Assembly: GCF_006345805.1 (NCBI RefSeq)
Contig: NC_043006.1
Location: 38,564,001 to 38,628,000, forward strand
DNA: 64,000 nucleotides
Source of the DNA: Octopus sinensis
Taxonomy: Eukaryota
Direction: 5' to 3'
Position numbers and translations under genes: made by a program. Position 1 is the first letter of the stretch; every line of letters begins with the position of its first letter. Below the pieces are notes generated by a model, which made no database searches, was not told the origin of the DNA, and worked only from the letters and a program-made list of their open reading frames with translations. Positions 12,375 through 26,827 of the stretch are shown one piece after another.

Positions 12375-13000
12375 AGAATTTTTGCATAGTGAGATAAAAA
12401 ACTAAGGCTGTTTAGATATTAGAACATTTATAGATAGAAGGTCTTACACTTGTTTCCAGGATATTTATTATATCCTTTCATCGGAGATGGTGTGAGAGGA
12501 TGGTTAAGAAATAGTTAATTTAGATAGGATACATAATAGAGAGTGAGGTGGAGGACAGAAAATAGATGTGAGATATGTAGGGATATTGAATTTGTAGATC
12601 CATTTTTTAGGCAGAATGGTATATATGTAAGATTCCAATACCATATGAGAAAAATCCAACAGTATTTAAAATCGTTCATTCCAAGTATAGAGTTTATACA
12701 CTATGTAAGATTCCAATACCTTATGAGTATTCACTTTATTTTGAGATTTCTTGCCAATAGAGATAGAGCCGTTTTTTTAACCTAGATCCAAGGTTCCTTT
12801 ATTGGAATTTCAACATCAACAACTGGTATTTTGTTTGTATGTATGTATGTGCAGATCTGTATGTTTTATTCATGTAGTCTCATGCATATAATTGATTACC
12901 TAGACATGCACATATATATTTAAATGATAAACTTCTGGAAAGTTTTATAGACTTTTACAGTTCAATTGATGTATGTATGTATATGTAGATATACTTGTAT
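12375..13000 (-). mobile_element. Penelope-like remnant with decayed hammerhead (about 12444-12490)
   Basis: Minus: tct CCGATGA a aggatat-aataa-atatcct g GAA acaagtgt A agac; core U4 mutated; same motif family as 33460-33507. Confidence 0.45.
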
Positions 13001-13067
13001 ATTGTCAGTAAATCATAAATCTGAAAAAGAAGCACATTCTAAGTTATACAGCAGTTGAGTATACAGA

Positions 13068-13280
13068 TAAAGATAGATATGGCCCGTTTATTGGGTTACC
13101 CTGGGTTTCATGTCTGTAAAGCACTTAGCGTTACAGCATTTCTCCAGACCCTAAACTATGGTCTCTCTCGCAAGAGGCCATAGGCCAACAGGTTTAGGGT
13201 CTGGAGAAATGCTGCAAAGCTAAGCACTTTATGGACGTGAAACCCATGGTAACCCCATAGGCTGGCCATATCTATTTTTA
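13068..13280. mobile_element. near-complete foldback MITE-like element
   Basis: Arms 13093-13156 / 13191-13255, outer match atagatatggcc/ggccatatctat, inner hairpin tatggtctct-ctcgca-agaggccata. Confidence 0.7.
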
Positions 13281-13694
13281 ACTCACTCAGTGTGTATGTG
13301 TATATGTGTGTGTCTGTGTGTGTGTGTGTATATATATATAAATATATATATATAATGTATGTATGCATGTATGTCTATATCATCATTATTGTTTCAGTAT
13401 CCACTTGTCTATGCTTCCATAAATCAGAATTCCTTAAGTCAGATTTTCTATGGCTGGATGCCCTTTCTTTCACCATGTGTGTGTGTGAAAATATATTCAG
13501 TTTCTTATGTGGAATTATAGATAAATATATACATATATAGTTTATTGGACTGTAGACATTTATAAATCTTTTAGTAATTAAATGTGAAAAAATCTGAAGA
13601 AGGAGGAGGTGGAGGAGAAGAAAAAGATGATGATGATGATGATGATAATGACAAAGAAAGACATAAGGGGAGGGGGAAGAGATGATGATGAAGA

Positions 13695-13725
<31 letters not shown>

Positions 13726-14689
13726 GGAGGAGGAGGAGGAGAAGAACTGCTAAAATAAATAGAAATTCTGATTACGTTATCCACATATTTTCCAATTCTT
13801 AATGTTTTGACATGAATGACCTTTGATATCTCCAGTTGTTTGAGAAGGAATCAAGTGTGTATGTGTGTGTGCTTGTGCATGTGTCTACTATGTATCTATG
13901 TGTACAGACACTCAAACACTAACATATAAATACATTCTTATATATATATATATGTATATATGTGTGTGTATATGTTTGTCTGTCTGTCTGTCTGTATGTA
14001 TGTATTGCTTTGTCTGTCTATCTCTCTCTCTCTCAAATACAAGACCAATAACGCATCAAAATGACATTGAAAATATGTTATGAAAGAAAATAAGAGTCAC
14101 ACAGCAAAATCCATTAGCTCTTTTATTCTCTTCTGTGAACATAAAAACTTCATTTTTTATATTTCTACTTGGACATAACAGATTTTACCGATTCTATAAA
14201 CCATCTGAAAAATATACAGAAGCATTCCACTGCCCTCCCCCCCTCCGACCACCTACATACACACACACACATTATATATAATAAGGGTGGTTGTACCAAA
14301 CGTAATGCAAGTGTGGGTATGACATTTGTTCACTGACAAAGCGTGTTCAAATTGCACAGATTGTCAAAATAACTTCTGCTCTATAGTAACTATTTTCAGG
14401 CAAATAATGGTAATAAGCAGGAACTATGTGCTGTCATTGAGTTCTTGACAAAGGTTGTCCATATAGAACTTGTTGATTGAGTAACTCCTGCTCTGCAATA
14501 CCATTTTAGCTTTCTCTTCATTGCAGGTAACATATGTATAAAGGGTGACAAACTGAAACTATATACTGTCATTGCATTCTTGACAAAGGAGAGGTGCACC
14601 CTGCCTAGCATCCTCAGAAGGATACAAGCTGTTTAAGGAGATAACACCCTTGACAAGAGCAATGTGAATAGATGGATGAAGAAGCTTAA

Positions 14690-14934
14690 CCCATTCGTAC
14701 CGAAATTTTTCTAGCAAATGAAATTGTCTGAAAATTCACAGATACAATTATTTTGACCTAAATAACAACTGAAAGAAATTTCATTGAAATCCGTTTGATA
14801 CAAACTGCATACGTGTTAAGAACATGTTTCATTCTTTGATACAGGTCATACACAAATCACAATTTGTATCAAGTATTTATTTTATACCCTTATAAATTAA
14901 GTGTCAGTTTAAACAGACAATTGGCATGAATGGG
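14690..14934. mobile_element. piggyBac-type MITE
   Basis: TTAA duplicated (14686-89, 14935-38); TIRs cccattcgtacc / ggcatgaatggg. Confidence 0.85.
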
Positions 14935-15366
14935 TTAAAGAAGGGGAAATGAGCATTGAAGCCAAACGATAAAAAGGGAGACAATCAACTGGCAGCAGTG
15001 ACATGAACACAAGTGAGGAGATGAAATGATTCATAAGGAAAGATGTGCAGACGCAGTCTGAGGAAATTGCTGCACACTCCTCCAACTTGAGAGGCCAATG
15101 GACAGACTTAAGGTGATTGATGTCTACCCAGCACCGTTCCTGTTAAGGAACTACTTTGCCATGCCAAAGCTATTGTATACTCCCTGCAGAGCCACTAGAA
15201 TTTGACCACAATGCTTTACAGAAGGCAGTGGAAGATTCTGGATATTAGAAAGTGTGTACAAAGTGGAGACCTTGATAACTGACAGCAGATTGAAGGGGAA
15301 AATGGTGAATGTCTGCTCTGATCTGCTGGAGGTGTTTGAAGCCAATGAAGAAATGTTGTTTTTTTT

Positions 15367-15579
15367 TATTCTGATTTACTCTTTTACTTGTTTCAGTCCT
15401 TCGACTGCGGTCATGCTGGAGCACCACCTTTAGTCAAGTAAATCGACTCCAGGACTTATTCTTTGTAAGCCTAGTACTTATTCTATTGGTCTCTTTTGCC
15501 GAAACACTAAGTTACGGGGATGTAAACACACCAGCATCGGTTGTCAAGCGATGTGAGGGGGACAAACACAGACACACAA

Positions 15580-15612
<33 letters not shown>

Positions 15613-15832
15613 CAAACATATGACGGGCTTCTTTCAGTTTCCATCTACCAAATCCACTCACAAGGCTTCTGTCGGCCCGAGGCTATATTATATATGTGGT
15701 GCACCTGAGCACTGTATACAATAATTTCATTATTATATTATTAGAAGACACTTGCCCAAGGTGCCAGGCAGTGGGCCTGAACCTGGAACCGTGTGGTTGG
15801 TATGCAAGCTACTTACCACACAGCCACTCCTG
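15367..15832 (-). mobile_element. SINE family A
   Basis: Full-length reverse copy inserted just before the mariner GDE motif. Confidence 0.85.
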
Positions 15833-16488
15833 GATGAAATGTGGGTGGATGTTTATGATTTAGAAACGAAAGATTAGTTCACCAAATAGTGTCATGCCTC
15901 TTCTCAGAGACCAAAGAATTTCAAGAGCCAGTGGCTGGCACAGAAAGTCATGAGAACTGTTTTCTTTAATTCTGTGGAATGTGGTTCTACCATGAGCAGC
16001 AAGCAGTACAATGAGATTCACAAAATTCTTAGCAAAGCATCAGGAAGGTCTGGTCCACAGTGTATGAGTAATATGATGATACATTTGTGTGTGTGTGTGT
16101 GTGTGCATGAGCATGTGTGTGTGGTGTGTGCATATACGCAAGTGTGTGTGTGTGTGTGTGTGTGTTTGAGTCTATTGGATTTGAAGTGAAGCATTTCAGT
16201 GTTTCAGCCAAGTTTACTGCCAAGTCACTGAAATAAGAATACAAGTAGCTGACTATTCCTTGAATTAATGGCACCTGAACCTAATTCTGAAGAACAATCA
16301 TGAATCAGTGTCACAACGTGTGACACAGGTGACCTTTTTAATTACAGGGTTTATGCAGTCTGCATTTAATCAATTTCGTTCGTTAGATTTGTATTGTCAT
16401 AAAAGCTATGTTAAAAGACATCAGTTCACAAGTTTCTAAATGTCAAATATCAAACCTGGAATATCATACATGTGAAGTATACTTCCAT

Positions 16489-16920
16489 GCTTGTGTGGTA
16501 AGAAGCTTGCTTCTCAACCAGATGGTTCTGGGTTCAGTTCCACTGCATGGCACCTTTAACAAGTATCTTCTACTATAGCCTCAGGCTGACCAAAGCCTTG
16601 TGAGGGGAGTTGGTAATGGAAACTGAAAGAAGCCCATTATATATGTGTATGTGTGTGTATATATGTATATAAATATATATATATATACGATGGGCTTCTT
16701 TCAGTTTCTATCTACCAAATCCACTCACAAGGCTTTGGTCGGCCCAAGGTTATAGTAGAAGACACTTGCCCAAGGTGCCATGCAGTGGGACTGAACCCAG
16801 AACCATATGGTTGGTAAGCAAGCTACTTACCACACAGCCACTCCTAAATTCTTCAAGGTAGTACCCCAGCTGGTCGCAGTCTTATGACCAAAACAAGTAA
16901 TCAATAAAATATAAAAGATA
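16489..16920. mobile_element. two SINE-A 5' halves in inverted orientation plus a SINE tail
   Basis: + head 16489-16640, - head 16681-16845, joined at a (TA)n; + tail 16846-16920. Confidence 0.8.
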
Positions 16921-17159
16921 GCCATTTCCTTGTGGTTGGCAGTGTGGGCGTGACGTGATTTTGATGGCCGTGCAATGAAGAATATATACGAATAGACAAG
17001 ATATTTTTCTATCGAAATAATCAGGATTATCAGAAGGAATATGACAGTTGGGAAGAATTTGGCACGTCAAGATGTGCAGAGCAAAAATAAATAATTAGAA
17101 AAATATAATGACTTGGGAACAGTATACTTATACATACTTGTACACACACGCCACATGTA

Positions 17160-17307
17160 TATACACATATATGAATGCATTTATATGTGCACATATAAAT
17201 ACACACACATATATACATATCTATATCTATTATAATGAATGTAGGGATTTATACATGCTTCCATATAAATACACATGTAGATATATTCATTCAAATATTA
17301 TATATAT

Positions 17308-17355
<48 letters not shown>

Positions 17356-17516
17356 CATACATACAAATATATATACATACATCCATGCATAAACAAACAT
17401 ATATACCTCCAGATATATATATATGCATTCAATATATATGCACACATACCTGTATACACCCACACACGCATATATATGTATGCAATATATGTAAGTATAT
17501 CTATATATATACATAT

Positions 17517-17549
<33 letters not shown>

Positions 17550-17690
17550 CATATATACATGCACACGTATAGCGCGCACACACATTTATATATGAGCATA
17601 CATGCATACCATGCATATATATATGCACAAGCATCTGTATATACCCATACACATACAAACATACATACATGCACACATACATATGTACAT

Positions 17691-17721
<31 letters not shown>

Positions 17722-17850
17722 TACATACACACATACATATATAAACACACATCCATAGATACATACACATACATACATACACACACACACATACATACAC
17801 ACATACATACATACACACACATACATTCATACATACATACATGCATACAA
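17160..17850. repeat. (TA)n/(CA)n/(CATA)n microsatellite block
   Basis: Directly visible; explains the YI/VC/HT ORFs. Confidence 0.95.
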
Positions 17851-18189
17851 ATGCCTACAGTTATGTCATCATTTTCAATGAATATTTTATGTCTTCTGGA
17901 AGCATGCGAAAACACGTCAGTCGCTCTGCTTTTCACAGTGTGACTTAGCCATCAATTGAGAATTAATCTTATTAACTTGGTGAGGAGTGGGGAGTGGGGA
18001 GTGGAGGGAGCAAAGAATATTGTTTTACAATGTTTATTCCTTTCGCAAGGGTTTTAATATCATAAAGAAAGTGGAATACCTACAATCAGCAATCAAAACT
18101 GAATTGTATGCACAAGACAGGATAACCTTCACTTCAACAGAATAATGTGTACTTCCTGATTATATATATATATTTATATATATATTCAT

Positions 18190-18568
18190 AGGTACAAGAG
18201 TGGCTGTGTGGTAAGTAGCTTGCTTACCAACAACATGATTCAGGGTTCAGTCCCACCGCCTGGCACCTCGGGCAAGTGTCTTCTACTATAGTGTTGGGCC
18301 GACCAACGCCTTTTGAGTGGATTTGGTAGATGGAAACTGAAAGAAGCCTGTTGTATATGTGTATGTGTGTGTATGTTTGTGTGTCTTTGTTTCTCCCCCC
18401 ACCCAACATCATCACTTGACAACCGACTTGGTGGTTCAGCAAAAGAGACTGATAGAATAAGTACTAGGCTTACATAGAGTAAGTCTTGGGGTTGATATTC
18501 TCAATTAAAGGTCATGCTTCAGTATGGCCACAGTCAAATGACTGAAACAAGTAAAGGAATAAAAGAAT
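18190..18568 (+). mobile_element. SINE family A
   Basis: Head, core and tail all present. Confidence 0.85.
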
Positions 18569-18577
18569 ATATATATA

Positions 18578-19089
18578 TCTATATATATAAAACTCTAGTT
18601 GTGTGAGTGTCTGTCCCCTTCGATTTAGATTCCTAACTCCTCCCACATTTTGCGGTGCAGTTTAACCAAATTCGGGTATCTTATAGTCGTGATTCATATC
18701 GAGCCCGTCTGACTATTAACGCGCGTCAACAATGACTCTACGATTTTAAAAATAATTTAACATAATTTTTTATTCCATTTTAATGCATAAAATGCATCGT
18801 GTGTCGATGGCGGCGGGGTTGGCGTCCACGCTCACAGCTGCACCTGTTTGCTTCTCCCCCTTCCCTCCCTCGTGAAGCTGTGGGGAAGGGAGTGTAAAGA
18901 AATCAACGTCGTAATGCGTTGTGAAGGAAACCAGCGTTCTTTTAGAACAACGACTTCATGGCTTGAAGACACCAAAACAGAAATGGCTAAGAAAGCCCAA
19001 ATTGGCATCTATAAGGGAAGTAACTCTCTAAAAATGCTTATATAGTTATTTCCCTTACAAACCCGAGCAACGCCGGGCAATACTGCTAG
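18578..19089 (+). mobile_element. non-autonomous Helitron (H2)
   Basis: A|TCtatatatataaaac ... cccgagcaacgccgggcaatactgCTAG|T. Confidence 0.85.
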
Positions 19090-19387
19090 TATATATATAA
19101 ATTTTCAGAATGAGATAAAAACTGGTTCAGGTCAAACAAGGGTGCATCTGGTAGTTGGGATAACCAGAATGTGGGGCTCCTGTGAGGAACATCCCCCTTT
19201 TGGAGAATTGTATTAATTGTATTGTTAATTGCCATTGTTATTTTATTGTTTACTTGATTTTTGTGTTAAACACCATATGTTCCCAGTTTTGCATCATCCC
19301 TATTTGTTTTGTGTACAGCCCTTGTGGCTAATAAAGAAATGATTCTTCTTCTTCTTCTTCTTATTATTATTATTATTATTATTATTA

Positions 19388-19620
19388 GGGTGGTGAGCTG
19401 GCAGAAGTATTAGTACGGCGGACGAAATGCTTAGCGATATTTCGACTGCTATTACGTTCTGCATTCAAATTCAGCCGAGGTCGACTTAGCCTTTCATTCT
19501 TTCAGGGTCCATGAAATAAGTACCAGTTATGCACTGGGGTAGATGTAATAGATTTAATCCTTTTCTCTGTCTTTGTTTGTCCCCTCAATGTTTAGCCCCC
19601 TGTGGGCAATAAAGAAATAA
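19388..19620 (+). mobile_element. tRNA-derived SINE family B (Meta-SINE-like central motif)
   Basis: ggtggtgagctggcagaa...gcctttcattctttcagggtc...aagtaccagtt...cctgtgggcaataaagaaata; copies at 39500-39735 (-) and 62968-63160 (+). Confidence 0.75.
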
Positions 19621-19632
19621 TCATTATTATCA

Positions 19633-19724
<92 letters not shown>

Positions 19725-20086
19725 CCTTTATTATAATTTGAAAGATACTTCACGATAACAATGAGTGGATAATGAAAAAATTTACAAACTGACAAGGTAT
19801 TTGCAAGTCTGAGCATTCAGGATTTTCAGAAAGAATACGATGGTGTTGGGGGCGAATGTGGCTTGTCATGAAATGATCATTACAAAAGTATGATGATGTG
19901 AAAATGAAATTTAACTGTCAATATTTGTTTGTATATCCATGTGATTGAAAATGAATAACCAAATGGACCAACAAACAAATACTGATGTGTTGATATGAAT
20001 GCATTAATGCAAATATGGAACAAGAATGTAAAAACAGTGAAGGATGGAAGTATAATGACTGACAAGAAGTATAAAAGACATTAATA

Positions 20087-20640
20087 ACAAGAGCAGAAAC
20101 CTCCGCCAAGGCAACACCAACGTCCTCTCAACGATTAGCCAGAGACGATTTTTAAAATGAGAATATTTGAAATAAACTTGACTGCTCACACAAATGGGAA
20201 TACTAAAAATAAACCCGACCGCTCTCAAACTTTAAGTAAAAGAACAGGAAAGATAAACCAGAATCCTTGTCCAGTACCAGATCAATCCCCAAATCTAATC
20301 AGTTTGTGCCAGTCATGAGGTCAAACATCCATGAAAGTTTCATCTTAATCCATCCAGCGGTTCTTGAGATATCTTGTCCACAGAAAAACAAACAAACATG
20401 ACTGAAAACAATACCTCTGGCTTCACTAAGGCAGAGGTAACAAGAGCACTCAGAGAGCACAAACCTCCGCCAAAGCAACACCAACGTCCTCTCAATGATT
20501 AGCCAGAGATTATTTTTAAAATGAGAATATCTGAAATAAACTCAACTGCTCTCACAAACGAGAATACTAAAAATGAACCCGACTCCTCTCAAAAATTAAG
20601 TAAAAAAAAATCAGAAAAATAATCCAGAATCCTTTCTTAA
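20087..20640 (+). mobile_element. head-to-tail pair of an unclassified element (possibly rolling-circle)
   Basis: Unit 1 aacaagagc...cctctg-gcttcactaagg-cagaggt (terminal hairpin); unit 2 starts at 20440 and is truncated. Confidence 0.5.
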
Positions 20641-20760
20641 ACATTCTCTAGAACAATACTATGTGGAAAACCAAATATATGACATAATACCAACTTGAAC
20701 TTCTAACTTTTCTCCTGAGACTTGAAGACAACTTGTATAAATACAAAGCAAAAGTCAAAC

Positions 20761-20829
<69 letters not shown>

Positions 20830-20892
20830 TATTATTATTATTATTATTATTACTATTATTATCATTATAATAACCATCATCATAAACAACTG

Positions 20893-21184
20893 TAACAATT
20901 TGAAGGGGGAAATACGAAGGTTGTGGTCAAGGAAGAGAGTAGACATGATACCTGTAGTAATTGGTACACTTGGAAGTATCAGTACTCAAGTACCAATATT
21001 GCTGAAAAAGATTGGGGCAAGTGTGAAGGTAGAACACCTACGAAAATCAGCATTGCTTGGAAATGCTAGAATTCTTCTCAGGATTCTTGAAGCATTACCA
21101 GTAAACAAATGTCATCTTAGTCTGCTGGCTGTGGACAGCTGACACTTTCCATCATACCCAGCAAAATAAGCTGAGAGTTTTTAT
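20893..21184 (+). mobile_element. 3' end of an R4/Dong-like REL-endonuclease non-LTR retrotransposon, family 1
   Basis: LKGEIRRLW...IPVVIGTLG...LRKSALLGNARILLRIL; flanked by (AAT)n. Confidence 0.7.
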
Positions 21185-21226
21185 ATAATAATAATAATAA
21201 TAATGATAATAATAATAATAGTAGTA

Positions 21227-21766
<540 letters not shown>

Positions 21767-21792
21767 TAATAATAATAATAATAATAATATTG

Positions 21793-21836
<44 letters not shown>

Positions 21837-22954
21837 CCTTTCTACTATAGGCACAATGAAGGGGCCATTGGTAGGGAAAAGAAGGGGCAGGCCTAATGCA
21901 TGGGAGGTGAGGATTTGTCACTGTAATGTGGATGGAAAGCACTATACTTAGTACATCCAGAACAACCCAGTTTCAGATGAGAGTAGGTCTTTCTGTGAAC
22001 TTCATATCACCATGGGTCTGGTTTTTCTGCCCTCTCATCCATCACCAGCCTTAACCACTTCATCCCATGTCTTTCTGGGTCTCCCTCTTCCACAAGTTCC
22101 AGCCACATTTAGCAATCAATACTTCTTTATACAGCTGTGCTAAGAGAAGACACAGAAGTAACTTAAGAATAGTTATCCCAGCATTATTCAGTTTCTTTCT
22201 GTTCATTGCATTATTCATCATAAACATCTTGCAGACACATACTTCAAGTATGAAGATGTTATGAAATCTGTCCTTGAAACTTGGTTTAAAGCAGTTCTTT
22301 CTTACAGTTCAAACAATGACATAACAAGTTTCCTTGTAGACTTGAGTTTCTGTTCAGTATTATTCAACCAAAAAGCTTAGCAGATTTCTGTTGTATTATT
22401 GTTGCATTTGGCTTTGAGCTAAGGGCAGTTTTTTGGGGGTTAAGGGTGCTGGGTTGCTGAGGAGGCTGATTGCCAAAATGGGTAGGATTAAAGGTGGATG
22501 AGCAAAGAGCCTTGAGTTGGAGGTGATAGAAGTATGCAGAAGAGAGTTGGGGGTGGGGACAAATAGCAGGAGTAATAGAGATGGTATAGTTGACCTTGGA
22601 CAGGACAAGAGAAAGGGATGACATGGTTGGGCAGGTAGACTGAAGGGGCCAATGATAAAGAAGAGAAGAGACAGGCCTAATGTATGGGAGGTGAGGATTT
22701 GTCACTGTAATGTTTCTATTCAGTATTGTTCAACCAAAAACCTCAGCAAATTTTTGTTGTATTATTGTTGTATTTGGCTTTGAGTTGAGGGCAGTTTTTT
22801 TTATATTTTGAGTTAAGGGTGCTGGGTTGCTGATAAGGTCAAATATCGTAAGTTCAAATCTTACAACATTTATTGGCTTCTGCTACTATAATCTCACAGA
22901 AATAGCACCTAAATTTCCCTCAAGTGCTACCTGACCATCTCAAAATATACTTAT

Positions 22955-23728
22955 AGGTGCAGGTGTGGCTGTGAGGTAAGAACTTTGTTTCCTAACCACA
23001 TAGATCTGGATTCAATCTCATTGCATGGCACCTTGGGCAAGTGCCTACTACTACAGCCTTTTGAGTGGGTTTGGTAGACAGAAACTAGAAAAAAAACCTA
23101 CTGTGCATGCATTTGTACCTCTCTCTACTGCTTGACAACTGGTGTTGGTGTGTTTACATCCCTTTAATTTAGTGGTTTGGCAAAAAAGACTGATAGAATA
23201 AGTTCCAGGTTTGAAAAAGAAAATGTACTGGGGTCAGATTGTCTGGGTGGTGCCTCACCTGAAACAGCTTAAAGGTTAGAAATAAAAATCCCTACTTGTA
23301 CCAGTTTGTGTGATTGAACGAAGATAACTTCTCTCTTATACTTGTTTCAGTCATGTGACTGAGGCCATGCTGGAGCACCGCCTTTAGTCGAGCAAATCGA
23401 CCCCAGGACTTATTCTTTTTAAGTCTAGTACTTATTCTATTGGTCTTTTTTACCGAACCGCTAAGTTACGGGGACATAAACACACCAGCATCGGTTGTCA
23501 AGCAATGTTGTGGGGACAAACACAGACACACACACACATACACATATATATATATACATATACGACGGGCTTCTTTCAGTTTCTCTCTACCAAATCCACT
23601 CACAAGGCTTTGGTCAGCCTGAGGCTATAGTAGAAAACACTTGCCCAAGGTGCCATGCAGTGGGACTGAACTCAGAACTAATTTGGTTCGTAAGCAAGCT
23701 ACTTACCACACAGCCACTTCTACACCTG
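22955..23728. mobile_element. SINE-A copies (+ 22955-23280, - 23335-23728)
   Basis: Same diagnostic head, core and tail. Confidence 0.8.
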
Positions 23729-23999
23729 TAAAAACAATGATATTTACAAAAGTGAAGGATAAAAGGAGCTAAGGGGAAATAACTTAAATATGCCAATATG
23801 AATTTCAATATATATGTGAAAGGCTGATGTACTGAATGCCAGTGCTTGTTTTTTACCTTTGGCTGGTTTCAATCATTGGAGTGCGACCATGCTGGGGCAC
23901 TACCTTGATGTGTTTAGCTAAATGAATCAACCTAGAACTTTATTTTTCAGTCTGGTATTTATTCTATCGATCTCTTTTGCTGAAATGTTAAGTTATGAG

Positions 24000-24440
24000 C
24001 AGGGCTGTTGCTAAGCCCCTACAACCCTTGTGGCCGCAGGGGCTTTCACAGTTGAGGGGCCCCATGTTAAGACCAAAGTAAGTAGATGAGTCATCTATTT
24101 ATTTTGGTTGATATCTTGAACAAGAATTAAACTATCGATGTTAAATGAAAAATTCAAGAAATAAAATGGTAATACATTGAACCTGCAAAAGTTCTTGTAA
24201 AAATATTACATTGCACTACTAACGTGTGGATTGTCTATGATATCTATTGAACAGAAACTTAGCTCTCAGCTTGATTATTCTGAACTGATCAATGATTTTG
24301 CAAAGCGAAAAGCATGCCATGTTTGTCTTTGAAAGTTGCCTGGATTATAAAAGTGCTCTTTTATTCATATCTGGAATCTCTACTTACTGAAATTTGTAAT
24401 AGAGACCTAAATAAAATTAAGGTGTTGTACTTTTAAAGAT
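24000..24440 (+). pseudogene. hAT transposon remnant with C-terminal dimerisation-domain fragment
   Basis: 24225-24323 translates CGLSMISIEQKLSSQLDYSELINDFAKRKACHV, resembling the hAT C-terminal pattern (L.lsIE.....ld....I..Fa..K.R). Confidence 0.5.
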
Positions 24441-24599
24441 GTTCTTTAGGATAATGTGAACTACTGGACTTCAGATAGAATAAGGTAAAATATAGCTAGG
24501 AATAAAAGGTACATAAAATACGAATTTTGATTGAATGGAAGGGCCTTTGAAGCAAAAAGTTGCAGGAGTCCTCTAAAAGTCATGTGATGGAGTTGGTTA

Positions 24600-24797
24600 T
24601 GAGGGGATGCTGAGAAGTTCCTGGCTTTGGGTAAAAGAAAATACAGCAGGATCATTTAATTACGATTCTCCTCTTAGATTCACACACTTGCTGATCCTTC
24701 AGTTTTTCTGAGCCCTGTAAAAGAACTCAAAAGTTTGGGCTTCCAACCAGGCCTTCTATAATGCACTTAAAGCCAGGAACTTTTCAGCATCCCCTTG
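24600..24797. mobile_element. Tc1/mariner-type MITE
   Basis: TA|tgaggggatgctgagaagttcctggc ... gccaggaacttttcagcatccccttg|TA. Confidence 0.8.
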
Positions 24798-25582
24798 TAA
24801 GTGGGACCATCTTGTCTTCTTTTCAGACAGTATATCTAAAACTATATTATCCTTCCTTCATAGTCACAGTAGGGTGTCATTTAAGGAAAATTTAGCTGCC
24901 ATTTCTAGCAGGTCAAACAGTACTGGAGAAGTTCCCTTGTTAGCTTCATACATTTAATGTAGAAGCATAAAACATCATGGTCCCTAGATTGGTAATTTAG
25001 AAGAGAATACTGAAAAGTTCCTGGTTTTGAGTAAAAGAAGAATCAGGAGGATCAGTTAATTATGATTATATTCAACAGATTCACTCACTTATTGAGGCAG
25101 TCTTTTAGTTTTTCTAATTCCTGTGAAAGAATTCAGAAGGTTGGGCCTTCAGCCAGGTCTTTTGTGATACTCTGAAAGCCAGGAAATTTTCAGCACCCCC
25201 TCAAACAGGAACATAAAGAAACCAAAACAAGTTTCTTTGTGGACAATGAGCAAACACAAACAGACATACACAGATTTATACATAATCCAACTCACACCAG
25301 TTTAGAAGATGGGCATTAAATGATTATATCATCATCATTATCATTTAACATCTGTCTTCCATGCCAGAATGGACTGGATGATTTGACAGGAGCTAGGTAA
25401 GCCTGGGTAATGTATGAAGCTCTGCTTTCTGATTTGGCCTGATCTTTTAAAGCTGGATGCCCTTCCTAACGTCAATCATTTTACAGAGGGCATTTCATGT
25501 GACACCAGCACTGGTGAGGTCACCACATAACTTGCAAGACGAAGTTCCCTCAACTGAGAGGAGGGGAGATATCAAAGGTTAA

Positions 25583-25615
<33 letters not shown>

Positions 25616-25674
25616 CATACGTTTAAATATTTGTTGTGCAAGATTTTTTTATGTGAAGTCGTGTGTTGAAACAG

Positions 25675-26674
<1,000 letters not shown>

Positions 26675-26796
26675 CATATATATATCATCATCATCATCAT
26701 CATCATCATCGTTTAACGTCATGGGTTGGACGGTTCAACTGGGGTCTGGCAAGCCTGAAGGCTGCACCAGGCCAGTCAGAATATATATATACATAT

Positions 26797-26827
<31 letters not shown>

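Larger units (their letters stand above)
14420..16070 (+). pseudogene. fossil mariner transposase interrupted by a MITE and a SINE
   Basis: Fragments VIAFLTKE..RRIQAV*GDNTLDKSNVNRWMKKL|KEGE, KVCTKWRP..NVCSDLLEVFE, DEMWVDVYDLETK, PKNFKSQWLAQKVMRTVFF match the mariner HTH, WVP, D-TGDETW and KVMxTVFW regions. Confidence 0.7.

Noticed and set aside
16935-16975. gtgggcgtgacgtga as a GC-box/CRE promoter
   Set aside because: Short motifs with no CpG island or adjacent first exon evidence.
17018-19850. QDYQKEYD versus QDFQKEYD similarity (17018 and 19815) suggesting paralogous exons
   Set aside because: Only about 30 nt at about 80% identity, which can arise by chance in a window this size; both frames are bounded by stops and lack good splice sites.
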